Source: a virus (Duplodnaviria > Caudoviricetes). From it: a stretch of 35,225 bases of DNA. The position numbers and the translations under genes are program-made. Shown here in pieces: positions 9,901 to 17,705 of this stretch. Under the pieces are notes generated by a model. It saw nothing but the letters and a program-made list of their open reading frames with translations. It did not search any database and had not been told where the DNA came from. The stretch is taken from positions 1-35,225 of the IMG/VR virus record IMGVR_UViG_3300012936_000066, one strand, 5' to 3'. Each line of letters begins with the position of its first letter. The first letter of the stretch is position 1.

Positions 9901-12900
9901 TCCTTTAAATTTATTCTATAATGTTGAAAAATCTGGATTTATCAGCACATCAGATATTGATGTTTTAAATGGATCTAAGATCTCATATGTAGAGAGTGAC
10001 TACAACAAGGATTATTCAGTTGTAAGTGTAGGAACCACTGATTTTGATATAAGATTAAAGTCAAAACCAGAAACATTATCTTATCAAATATTAGATACTA
10101 GCGTATTAAAGTACACTACAACATCAAGAAATGATAATGGTGCTATTAATAGAGTTAATTTAATATCTGGAGGTTCAGGATATAAATCTTTACCAAAATT
10201 TGTCAGTGTTGCTTCTACTCAGGGGATAAATGCTAAATTATTACCATCATCAACAACCAGTAATAAGATCGAAAATACCGATATTTTAAATATTGGATTT
10301 GAGTATGCATCAGATAAAACTTTAACTCCGATAGCAAGGTTATCACCAGTTATTAGCACAAAGAACTCAGATAAAATAGTAGCAATCAATGTTAAAAATG
10401 GTGGCACAAATTATACAACCCCTCCAAAATTAGTTTTACAGGATGTTGAAACAAAACAGATTGTAGATAGTGGATCTCTAATTGCAAACATTAGTCAAGC
10501 ATCTCAATCTATTAATAGTGTTGATATAATTAATACTCCACAAGGAATTGGTAATTGTAAATTATTTACTAAGGATAATTCAAGTGCAATACCAATTACA
10601 AATGTAACAATAGCGTCTACAATTATCACTGATGTTGTTAGTGGTATAGTTACTGTAACTTTGGCAACACCAATCTTAGGATTTTCAACTGCTCCTTTTG
10701 CGGTGGGAGATACAATTTTTGTAGAGGGTATAGAAAATGAATATGGGGATAGTTTTAATTCACCAACTAATAAATTCAATTTCTATCCTGTAGAAAAAAT
10801 AGTTGGTAGTGGTTTAAATCCAAATCCATTCATATTAGAGTTTAATATTCATGGAGGTGGTGCAAATCCATTAGTAACAAATCCAGGATTAGCAAAAACA
10901 ATTCAGTCTTTTGCTGGAGCAATTAATTTTAAAGATTATCCTAAATTCACAATAGTTACTGCACAATCTGAATTTACACTAGGAGAAATACTTTTAGTAT
11001 CTAGAAATGGATCTACATTTAGTAACGTGGGCCTTAACTTAGATAGAATAACTAATAATTATATTAAAATTCAAGGTAATTTTGATTTACAAGAAAATGA
11101 TAAAATAAAGGGTCAATCTTCTGGATCAATTGCAACTATTAACAGTGTATTCAAAAATGAGGGACAGTTCAAAGTTGATTTTGCATCAGATAGAGTTATT
11201 GGATGGTCTAATGATACTGGTAAGTTAAATCAAGATTATCAAGTAATTCCTGATAATGATTATTATCAAACATTATCGTATACGATACAAAGTCCAATTG
11301 AATATCAAACACTAGTAAGTCCCGTCAATAAGTTATTACATACCACGGGTCTTAAAAACTTTGCAGATTTAGGAATTTCAACATCAGTTGGAGTTGGTTC
11401 TACATCTAGTGTTGACTCATCTACAATTATTAGAGATTTATCATCAGAAAATAGAGTTGATGCAATTGATAATTTTGACTTAGCAAAAGATGTTGATACT
11501 TTATCAAATCCATTACGATCTAGATTCGTTTCTTTTGATACTAAACTTCTATCAAATTTCTTTGAGTGTTCAACAAACAGAGTTTTAGAAATAGATGATA
11601 TAAACAGTTTATTTAAAAATGCTACAAATAATGCAGCGAGAGATGGTTTTATAAATCTTACTAATTCGTTTAATAGATTTTTAGTACAAACGAGAGTTCC
11701 ATCTGTTTCTGTTGGAATCGGAACTACAACAAATACTTTTCAATTAACAGAGTTACTCACATCAATAGATTTTGTAAAGGGTAATATATTTACTATTCAA
11801 AAAGGATCAATTAATGATGAGGCAAAAATAGTTGATATTTTAGGAGAAAATGGTTCTGGTGGCAGTTATAAATTATCATTTACTCCTGTTGATCCTTTAA
11901 ACTCTGATTTAGATATCAAAATTTTACAACAATCATTCTTAGCAGGAGTTGGTGCTGGAAAATCTTCTATCGGATTTGTTGATTTACATGGGATAAATCA
12001 AAATGTTTCTGCATCTACAACTTCTACGGTAATATCTTCAAACATTGCTAATATAGATTCTTATTTTGCTACAGTTGAAGTTAATGATTCAGTGTCAAAT
12101 GAGAATAACATTGTTGAAATTTATGCAACTCATGATGGGGTAAATTCCTACATATCAAATTATTCTTTAGAAACAAATACAACCAATTCCATAGGAACTT
12201 TTACTACAAACTTAGATTCGGATATCTTATCTTTAAACTTTGAAAATGATAGATCAAATCAAGTTCTTGTTAGAGCAAAAGTTGTTGGTTTTGGTACTAC
12301 AGCAGTTGGAATTGGAACTCATAGATTTAAAACTAGTTCGCAAACATCTGGGTCTGAAAACTCTGGTAGATTTGAATCTAATTTTGTTAGTATTGCATCA
12401 ACTGCAGTCATAGCAGGATTTACCACAATCAGAGATACTTCAATTAAGAGTATAGTAAGAGTATCAATCGGAAATACTAGTGCCTTACATCAAATTCTTA
12501 TGGGTCATGATGGTGAAAATACATTCATCACACAATATCCATTCATGACCATAGGAGATGATTTAGGAATAGGAACATTCTCCTCAGAATATAGTGGATC
12601 TAATCTAAATTTAAAATTCCATCCAGACTCCAATTTTATTGGTGTAGGTAATTTATCAGTTCAATCTTTCAATGAGATTCTTAATACTAAATTGGATTTA
12701 CTTAACTCACCACCAACTTTAAATTATGGTAGGAGTTTTGATGAGATATCTCTTCTACAATATGATGCCTTAAATTCTCTAAGGTCAAACGGATTAAACT
12801 TTAAGTTAAGGAATAATAATAATCCAATATTTGCTAATTTCTTTAATCCTGCAACGAATGTAAATCTAGCAACAGGAGAATTTATAATTGAAAATAACTT

Positions 12901-15900
12901 CTTTAATAAGAATGAAAGATTAATTTACACACCTGGCACTTCAAATGTTGGATTCTCATCCCTGATTATGTCAAATGGCAATCCTTTACCAAGCGAAGTT
13001 TATGTTGTTCATCCATCTGGAACTGTTAATTCAAAAGTATTCCAACTATCAACAACGAAAGCAGGAGCTGCAATAACCTTTAACAGTGCTGGATCTGGAG
13101 ACAGACATAGACTGGAAATGTTTAAGAAGAATGAAAAAGCATTGATTACTCTTGATAATGTAATTCAATCTCCAATATCATTTACTCCAATAACAACAAC
13201 ACTATCAGGCAATGTTAGTGGGCAAGTTTCTGTATCAACTTCAATTCTATCTTTAGCAGGGATAACTTCTATCGTAGTTGGAGATTTACTAAAAATAGAT
13301 GATGAGTTTTTAAAGATTAATAACGTTGGATTTGGAACTACAAACATTGGTCCTATTTCAAACACGGGTTCTCTAAATTTAGTAGATGTAAGTAGAGGAA
13401 TTGTTGGTTCTTCACCATCAACACATACTGATACTACTTTAGTGAGATTATTTAAAGGTGGTTACAATATTGTTGGCGAAGAAATATTCTTTGTAGATCC
13501 ACCTAAGGGAACTAATATTTTAGAAAAAGATGATTCAAATAGAGATCGAGGTAGATCTTCATTTACTGGAAGAGTTTATCTAAGACAAGATTATACTTCA
13601 AATGCAATTTTTGATGATATTTCAAACGGGTTTACTGGTATTGCACAAACATTTACCACAACAATATCTGGAGTCAATACTTCTGGAATCACAACTGGAA
13701 GTGCATTTGTAACAATTAATGGTATATTCCAACCACCAACAACAGATAAGAACCCTACCAATAACTACGAATTTTCAGAATCAGTTGGGGTATCAAGTTT
13801 TGTGTTCAGTGGTATTACCTCATCTAACGGAACTCAAATTATTAGTGAAGCAGATGTAAATCAAAATCAATTACCAAGATCAGGACAGATTGTATCAATT
13901 GGATTTAGTGGTGGATTAGGAATTGCACCATTAGCGGGAGCATCAGTCACAGCTGTTCTTGGTGCAGGTGGATCAATCACATCAGTGGGAGTTGGAACAA
14001 GAGACTTCCATGGTTCTGGATATCGTTCTGGAATCAGCACCACAGGAGATGGAATTATTCATATTGGTATCGCTGATGCTGTTGGAACTGGTGCCACAGT
14101 TACTGCAACAGTTGGTATAGGTGGAACATTAATATTCAGTGTTGTTGGAGGTGGAAGTGGATATGTAAATCCTAGAGTAGAAGCACCTGTTCCCAGATAT
14201 GAAAACTTACCAGTAACTGGAATATCAAGAGTGGGTGTTGGTGCTACAACAGATACAGGAACTGGATTACTTTTAAACATTGATGTTGGTGGTAGTAATA
14301 CTACTGGTATTGGATCAACTCTTTTTGAAGTTAAATCTTTTGATATAACAAGAACTGGTTTTGGATTTAAAAAGGGTGATGTATTTAAACCAGTGGGATT
14401 AGTCACAGATAAATCACTCACATCACCAATAACTGAACTTGAATTTACAGTTAATGAAGTGTTTACAGATTCTTTCTGTTCTTGGAATGTTGGTGAGTTT
14501 GATTACATCGACTCAATCAAATCTTTACAAAATGGAACTAGAAGGAGATTCCCATTAAACTTTAATGGTGAGTTAGTATCATTTCAACGTGCAGAATCAT
14601 CTCAAATTGATATGAAATCATTACTATTGATATTCATCAATGGAATTATACAAAATCCTGGTGATGCTTACATATTTGATGGAGGAACCTCTTTTGAATT
14701 TACAGAAGCACCTGACATAAACGATAATGTATCAATATTCTTTTATAAAGGTACAAATGACGTTGATGTTACATTCGTAGATGTAATTGAATCAGTGAAA
14801 GTTGGTGATGAGTTCCAATTACTCAAAAATAATAATAATCCTGGTTTTGATCAGGATGTAAGAGTGGTGTCTGGTATTTCAACATCAGATTTAATTGAAA
14901 CTCCTGTATATTTTGATCAAGGTATAGATTCTAATAATTTAAAATCATTCAGGTGGATCAAACAAAAAGCAGATAAGTTCATAAATGGTGAGTTAATAAC
15001 GAAAGTAAGACCCTCAATTGAACCACTTGTATTCCCAGAAGCAAGAATAATTAAAGATCTTGGGTCTGGTGATAGCACAGTTTACATTGACAATGTTGGA
15101 GTTGGAACAAACTCATTAACAAATTTATTCTTCTATGAGAATCCAAATAATATTGGAACAATTGTATTTGACGAATCTATAGAACCTAAAGCAGCAGATT
15201 TAACCGCAGTTGTTTCTGCTGGTGGAACAATTCAATCTATTACTATTAATGATGGTGGAAAAGGATATGTCGGTTCTAGCACTGCAATATCAATTGCCTC
15301 TCCAATATCCAACACTGGAGTTGCTTTGACAGCATCTGATTTAATTACGCTAGGAATAGGATCTACTATCTTTGCCACAGCAAATGCCAACATTACAAGT
15401 GGCATTATAACTTCTGTATCAATTATAAATCCTGGTTTTGGATATACAACAACCGCAGTTCCAAATGTGGTTGCACCAACTCCTATTAGACCATCAGAGA
15501 TAATTACTGGATTTACTGGTTCAAGTGGATTCTCAGGCATCATTACAGCAATAAATGTTTTAAGTAGTTCAACTATTAAATTCTTCTTAGAGAAAGAATC
15601 TGGAACATTTAGTGGATTAGGAAATGGAGATCCAATTTACATATTTGATACCGCAGTTGGGTCAGGTGTTACTTCAGTAGTAACTTCGTCAGGTGCTCCT
15701 GTTGGTATTGGTACTTCATTCCTTGATAACATATACCTAATCAGCTCTTACAGCACGACATCTAATACTGCTGAATTTGTTGCAGGTGTAAAAACTGACA
15801 CATCACTCACTGGTATTTCAACTAGTGGCATATCTGGTAAGTTCTCTTGGGGTAAACTTACTGGTGGTGTTAGGTCAACTACAAACCCAATTTCAGTTAC

Positions 15901-16009
15901 TATTTCAGGTAAAACTGTTAATTCAGGTTTGACAACTTTCCCAAGAATACAGAGAAGAAATTCTGGTATTAGAGACACTGGTGCTTTAATAGATAGGACT
16001 GGTGCCTAA
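3917..16009 (+). CDS. gp7: Giant baseplate wedge initiator gp7-like protein, 4030 aa, multi-modular
   Basis: Lies between gp6 and gp8. The N-terminus has QLPEFV...FLKQYY and FYESKGTEESFRILFNALY, and a later segment DNDYYQTLSYTIQS...VNKLLHTTGLKNF resembles gp7-type wedge motifs. Many repeated beta modules and a YHYH-like segment lie in between. Confidence 0.85.
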   Translation: MISTGIDTRIKVQQIIENQLPEFVLSESPKAVDFLKQYYISQEYTGGPIDLTDNLDQYLKLDNLTPETLKGSVTLDASISSADSVINISPNTKGFPKQYGLLKIGSEIITYTGITTNTFTGCKRGFSGITTYRDINNPSELVFSTSTAQEHPKGVNVDNLSSLFLQEFYKKIKNTFTPGLENTDFVSNLDVNNFIKEARTFYESKGTEESFRILFNALYDVDPKIIDLEEYLIKPSSAKYVRRKRIVAERLKGEPLNLKGQTISRSTDTTSTASVSEVEILTGISGISTIKDYFILDLFVGFDEEEFITGNFDVTGKTKAVTDVSIGASVITVDSTVGFGTTGTIISGINTNIVYTDKTVNQFLSCTGISNQINLGDDVIADDNIFGYEDGDLTKKVELRITGVLSDFVSSENNRLSLENETIQIKSIGEIIENPNTSKTQKEIFANSWIYNTSSNYDIIDSISGTQSFIQLKSKIDKASLRVGDSIQILEKKSSPFSLGTVVQESVIESLVITQNKITINPSFEFSSSKKYAIRRVIRKTSSSVDILKYGNNTLTADVQNVYNESDKNLYVASNSLPSSGISKTTSTVSIPNVIENTTIQDFNSLDKKYSTISFSVSDIPFITGDQVYYEPEAEPLVGLTAGLYFVRTVGFNKIKLFKSPAFIEANDFIEFGVPSNTSTFHKFTLANQYDKFVAPQKLLKKYPVNVAENLGKNIETVPGPVGMLIDGVEIENGKSTDSIFYGSIENFSVIGFGTDYDIINPPVIEVGSVSAASTQALVSPVLSGDIKEIQVDPQNFDIEDVISIQLTGGNSGEAVLQPVLRRRNRVLEFSGVTSAFGGGIDTFSETITFLKPHNLVSGQVLIYDKNKNTQLGIGTFKGSNLSNFENLIDGQQYWPEVVGLSTIRLYRNEVDYTSGINTIGFTDIAKSGIHKFKLKDAKNSLSSVRVIKSGKPYLSRKVFVDSSLGISTYKSIVTFKDHGFSDGELVSYSPFVGLGTTSPQNISGLSTTNQYNIIKIDNDNFRVANAGVAGTDNTNFIRKNHVDFKTTGTGYQLFKYPDVELTINAIYSVPTSDKINLTPVIQGRIIDASLYRKGSGYGSTDIINYENKPNILVKNGISRPGKNITPSIVPIISNGKLINVNIQDGGDEYHSTPDLIVIGDGTGASIRAVIDRNENSSTFLKIIDVVILNSGTNYTFDNTRINIVARGKNAVFNSSIKKLSINNIQTSRPYKERYSNFALLPTDNELKFTAVGYSTAIGESSYGQISNNHSPIVGWAYDGNPIYGPFGYSDPLDNSSAIKILKTGYSIKTNIEDRGDLPFNLGFFVEDYSYLPTDSTDLDEHNGRYCKTPEYPNGVYAYFAGINTITKEPEFPYFVGNTYRSTPDVLDPLLTIDQSFNFNDSKLVRNTFPYKLSDSFANNDFIIESNEILSQTTRVTSVSQGSIDSLDILKSGEGYKVNDNVVFDNSNTSGDGVSAFVSKLEGKPISDIATSYEKLEGLTFIRKNPSTISVFVSDTHQLEVGNNLEISGLSTDIKSASGVSLIGNHNISGISTESTILYKQLPSNSVAGIVTDIFVYKTSDLISVGSSIGIGTEKLLVLNKFNDRNVLRVQRGVTGTAHTLSSEVKLIPSFFDISFNSNFLNSKVDDVVYFNPKQAVGIATTVGITSAINVSVGDTTSVVSVPAQSIYLPNHPFKTGQQITFQTDGNSVLEVSRDGAANQSFNLPSTGTSQNLFAINKSPNYIGIVTQVGLITSTNGLFFRTNGDDYFKYRFESNFNKITGNVERINSKVTLTTSHNLSVGDIVTLDIASDQSVGIGTSTKVRIKYNHLIESLLINQVGFTSAGINTSNNTITLNSHEFKTGDKVYYDSTDTIAAGLETGGYFIYRVDDNNIKLAETFYDAKQIPPNIVSIVSIGGSEHQLSLINPPINVVRDNNLVFDISDSSLSDFDFKIYQDEDFSNDFVSTGKTTVNTVSTSGTIGVTPTATLTLNYSTNNPLNLFYNVEKSGFISTSDIDVLNGSKISYVESDYNKDYSVVSVGTTDFDIRLKSKPETLSYQILDTSVLKYTTTSRNDNGAINRVNLISGGSGYKSLPKFVSVASTQGINAKLLPSSTTSNKIENTDILNIGFEYASDKTLTPIARLSPVISTKNSDKIVAINVKNGGTNYTTPPKLVLQDVETKQIVDSGSLIANISQASQSINSVDIINTPQGIGNCKLFTKDNSSAIPITNVTIASTIITDVVSGIVTVTLATPILGFSTAPFAVGDTIFVEGIENEYGDSFNSPTNKFNFYPVEKIVGSGLNPNPFILEFNIHGGGANPLVTNPGLAKTIQSFAGAINFKDYPKFTIVTAQSEFTLGEILLVSRNGSTFSNVGLNLDRITNNYIKIQGNFDLQENDKIKGQSSGSIATINSVFKNEGQFKVDFASDRVIGWSNDTGKLNQDYQVIPDNDYYQTLSYTIQSPIEYQTLVSPVNKLLHTTGLKNFADLGISTSVGVGSTSSVDSSTIIRDLSSENRVDAIDNFDLAKDVDTLSNPLRSRFVSFDTKLLSNFFECSTNRVLEIDDINSLFKNATNNAARDGFINLTNSFNRFLVQTRVPSVSVGIGTTTNTFQLTELLTSIDFVKGNIFTIQKGSINDEAKIVDILGENGSGGSYKLSFTPVDPLNSDLDIKILQQSFLAGVGAGKSSIGFVDLHGINQNVSASTTSTVISSNIANIDSYFATVEVNDSVSNENNIVEIYATHDGVNSYISNYSLETNTTNSIGTFTTNLDSDILSLNFENDRSNQVLVRAKVVGFGTTAVGIGTHRFKTSSQTSGSENSGRFESNFVSIASTAVIAGFTTIRDTSIKSIVRVSIGNTSALHQILMGHDGENTFITQYPFMTIGDDLGIGTFSSEYSGSNLNLKFHPDSNFIGVGNLSVQSFNEILNTKLDLLNSPPTLNYGRSFDEISLLQYDALNSLRSNGLNFKLRNNNNPIFANFFNPATNVNLATGEFIIENNFFNKNERLIYTPGTSNVGFSSLIMSNGNPLPSEVYVVHPSGTVNSKVFQLSTTKAGAAITFNSAGSGDRHRLEMFKKNEKALITLDNVIQSPISFTPITTTLSGNVSGQVSVSTSILSLAGITSIVVGDLLKIDDEFLKINNVGFGTTNIGPISNTGSLNLVDVSRGIVGSSPSTHTDTTLVRLFKGGYNIVGEEIFFVDPPKGTNILEKDDSNRDRGRSSFTGRVYLRQDYTSNAIFDDISNGFTGIAQTFTTTISGVNTSGITTGSAFVTINGIFQPPTTDKNPTNNYEFSESVGVSSFVFSGITSSNGTQIISEADVNQNQLPRSGQIVSIGFSGGLGIAPLAGASVTAVLGAGGSITSVGVGTRDFHGSGYRSGISTTGDGIIHIGIADAVGTGATVTATVGIGGTLIFSVVGGGSGYVNPRVEAPVPRYENLPVTGISRVGVGATTDTGTGLLLNIDVGGSNTTGIGSTLFEVKSFDITRTGFGFKKGDVFKPVGLVTDKSLTSPITELEFTVNEVFTDSFCSWNVGEFDYIDSIKSLQNGTRRRFPLNFNGELVSFQRAESSQIDMKSLLLIFINGIIQNPGDAYIFDGGTSFEFTEAPDINDNVSIFFYKGTNDVDVTFVDVIESVKVGDEFQLLKNNNNPGFDQDVRVVSGISTSDLIETPVYFDQGIDSNNLKSFRWIKQKADKFINGELITKVRPSIEPLVFPEARIIKDLGSGDSTVYIDNVGVGTNSLTNLFFYENPNNIGTIVFDESIEPKAADLTAVVSAGGTIQSITINDGGKGYVGSSTAISIASPISNTGVALTASDLITLGIGSTIFATANANITSGIITSVSIINPGFGYTTTAVPNVVAPTPIRPSEIITGFTGSSGFSGIITAINVLSSSTIKFFLEKESGTFSGLGNGDPIYIFDTAVGSGVTSVVTSSGAPVGIGTSFLDNIYLISSYSTTSNTAEFVAGVKTDTSLTGISTSGISGKFSWGKLTGGVRSTTNPISVTISGKTVNSGLTTFPRIQRRNSGIRDTGALIDRTGA

Positions 16010-16014
16010 ACTAG

Positions 16015-16022
16015 TATAAATA
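16015..16022 (+). promoter_or_regulatory. T4-type late promoter for gp8
   Basis: Exact TATAAATA in the 40-nt gp7-gp8 spacer. Confidence 0.8.
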
Positions 16023-16049
16023 TAAGAAAAAAACTATACAATATAAAAA

Positions 16050-17702
16050 ATGTCGGCAATTGTAACAGATCAGTTTAGAATTAATAACGCGGGTAATTTT
16101 TTAGGCGATGTAAATAATTCCTCAAATTCATACTATGTTTTTGTTGGATTGTCAAACCCATCTGCTGCAGTTAGATCGTCCAGTGCCTTTGGTAGAAATG
16201 CAAATGATGCAGAATGGAATGATCAAACAACTAGAAAAGTTCCTGTTGATAATTTTAACTACTTAAATCATTCCAGAGATACAATGGTTTTTGGAAAGAA
16301 AATTACTTCTGATAACGTAAGAAGAGTTGTTAGAAAAATAAGTTGGACAAAAGACACTATTTACGATATGTATCGTCATGATTATAGTGCATCTAACAGA
16401 ACTCCAAATGGACAGACAGCAAGATTATATGATACAGATTTTTATGTAATCAATAAAGATTTTAATGTTTACATATGCATTGATAACGGTTCCTCAGGAA
16501 TCAACACTACTGGTAATCCATCCTTAAATGAACCAACTCTAACTGGATTAGAACCATTTAGAGCTACTGGTGCTACTGATGATGGTTATCTTTGGAAGTA
16601 TCTATTTACTGTTCCTCCAGGTGATATTATAAAATTTGATGCTACAGAATTTATTCCATTACCTAATGATTGGGCAACATCAACTGATGCTAACATTTCA
16701 AACGTTAGGGATAATGGAAATGCTGATATTAGCAATAACCAAATAAAAAAAATATTTGTTGAGGATGGAGGTACTTCATATAGTAATGCAGGTGCTGGTG
16801 GTCAAGAGGTAAACATTGTTGGTGATGGTAGTGGTGGAAAGGCAATTGTTGAAGTTGGAACTGATGCAAAAATTAGTGATGTAAAAGTTTCTGTAGGTGG
16901 AAAGGGTTATACTTATGGTATGGTTGATTTAACTGACTTACAACCTACTAATCCTAACGCTAAATTAATTCCAATCATACCACCAGCAAAAGGTCATGGT
17001 TCTGATATTTACAAAGAATTAGGTGCTGATAGAGTTTTAGTTTATGCTCGATTTGATGATTCTACTAAGGATTTTCCGATTGACACTAAATTTGCTCAGA
17101 TTGGAATTGTTAAAAATCCAACATCAATTGGATCTACACAAGTTTTCACTCAATCTCAGTATTCTTCAGTTTCATCTTTATATCTAAGTTCTTTTGATAG
17201 TCCGACTCCTGCAAAAATAGGTGATTTAATTACACAAGATGTTAAAAATACTAGTGGAGTTGTAGTTGGTCAAGTAAGAGGTTATGTCGTATCTTTTGAT
17301 ATAATATCAACTGATGTTAGTGATAAGATCGCAGTTTTAAAATACTATCAAGATCGTTCATTATATTTTAATACTACTACTGGTGACCAAACAGATGCAG
17401 TTGGTATTAATAGTATATCTGGTATAAATGGTCAGATATATAAGTTCAGTGGAACTGAAATTATAAAAGGAACTGATGGTGCTGGATCAGATTATCAAGT
17501 TGGAATAAAAACTACATTCAGTGGTATTTCAACAAATCCTACAGGAACTAGAATAGTTGATTTGGGTGTTGAGTTTAAAGATGGCGTAGCACAATCTGAG
17601 ATAAATAATCAGTCGGGTGATATTATCTATCTAGATAATCGACAATTGATCACTAGAGATAGTAGGCAAAAAGAAGACATCAAAGTTATACTGGAATTCT
17701 AA
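16050..17702 (+). CDS. gp8: Baseplate wedge subunit gp8
   Basis: 550 aa with MSAIVTDQFRI, YDMYRHDY, VYICIDN, DGYLWKYLF and the C-terminus SGDIIYLDNR..ITR...QKEDIKVILEF typical of gp8. Confidence 0.92.
   Translation: MSAIVTDQFRINNAGNFLGDVNNSSNSYYVFVGLSNPSAAVRSSSAFGRNANDAEWNDQTTRKVPVDNFNYLNHSRDTMVFGKKITSDNVRRVVRKISWTKDTIYDMYRHDYSASNRTPNGQTARLYDTDFYVINKDFNVYICIDNGSSGINTTGNPSLNEPTLTGLEPFRATGATDDGYLWKYLFTVPPGDIIKFDATEFIPLPNDWATSTDANISNVRDNGNADISNNQIKKIFVEDGGTSYSNAGAGGQEVNIVGDGSGGKAIVEVGTDAKISDVKVSVGGKGYTYGMVDLTDLQPTNPNAKLIPIIPPAKGHGSDIYKELGADRVLVYARFDDSTKDFPIDTKFAQIGIVKNPTSIGSTQVFTQSQYSSVSSLYLSSFDSPTPAKIGDLITQDVKNTSGVVVGQVRGYVVSFDIISTDVSDKIAVLKYYQDRSLYFNTTTGDQTDAVGINSISGINGQIYKFSGTEIIKGTDGAGSDYQVGIKTTFSGISTNPTGTRIVDLGVEFKDGVAQSEINNQSGDIIYLDNRQLITRDSRQKEDIKVILEF
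17600..17607 (+). promoter_or_regulatory. Putative late promoter for the VrlC-like gene, embedded in the 3' end of gp8
   Basis: GATAAATA within the E-I-N codons, about 98 nt upstream of ATG 17706. Confidence 0.5.
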
Positions 17703-17705
17703 AAC

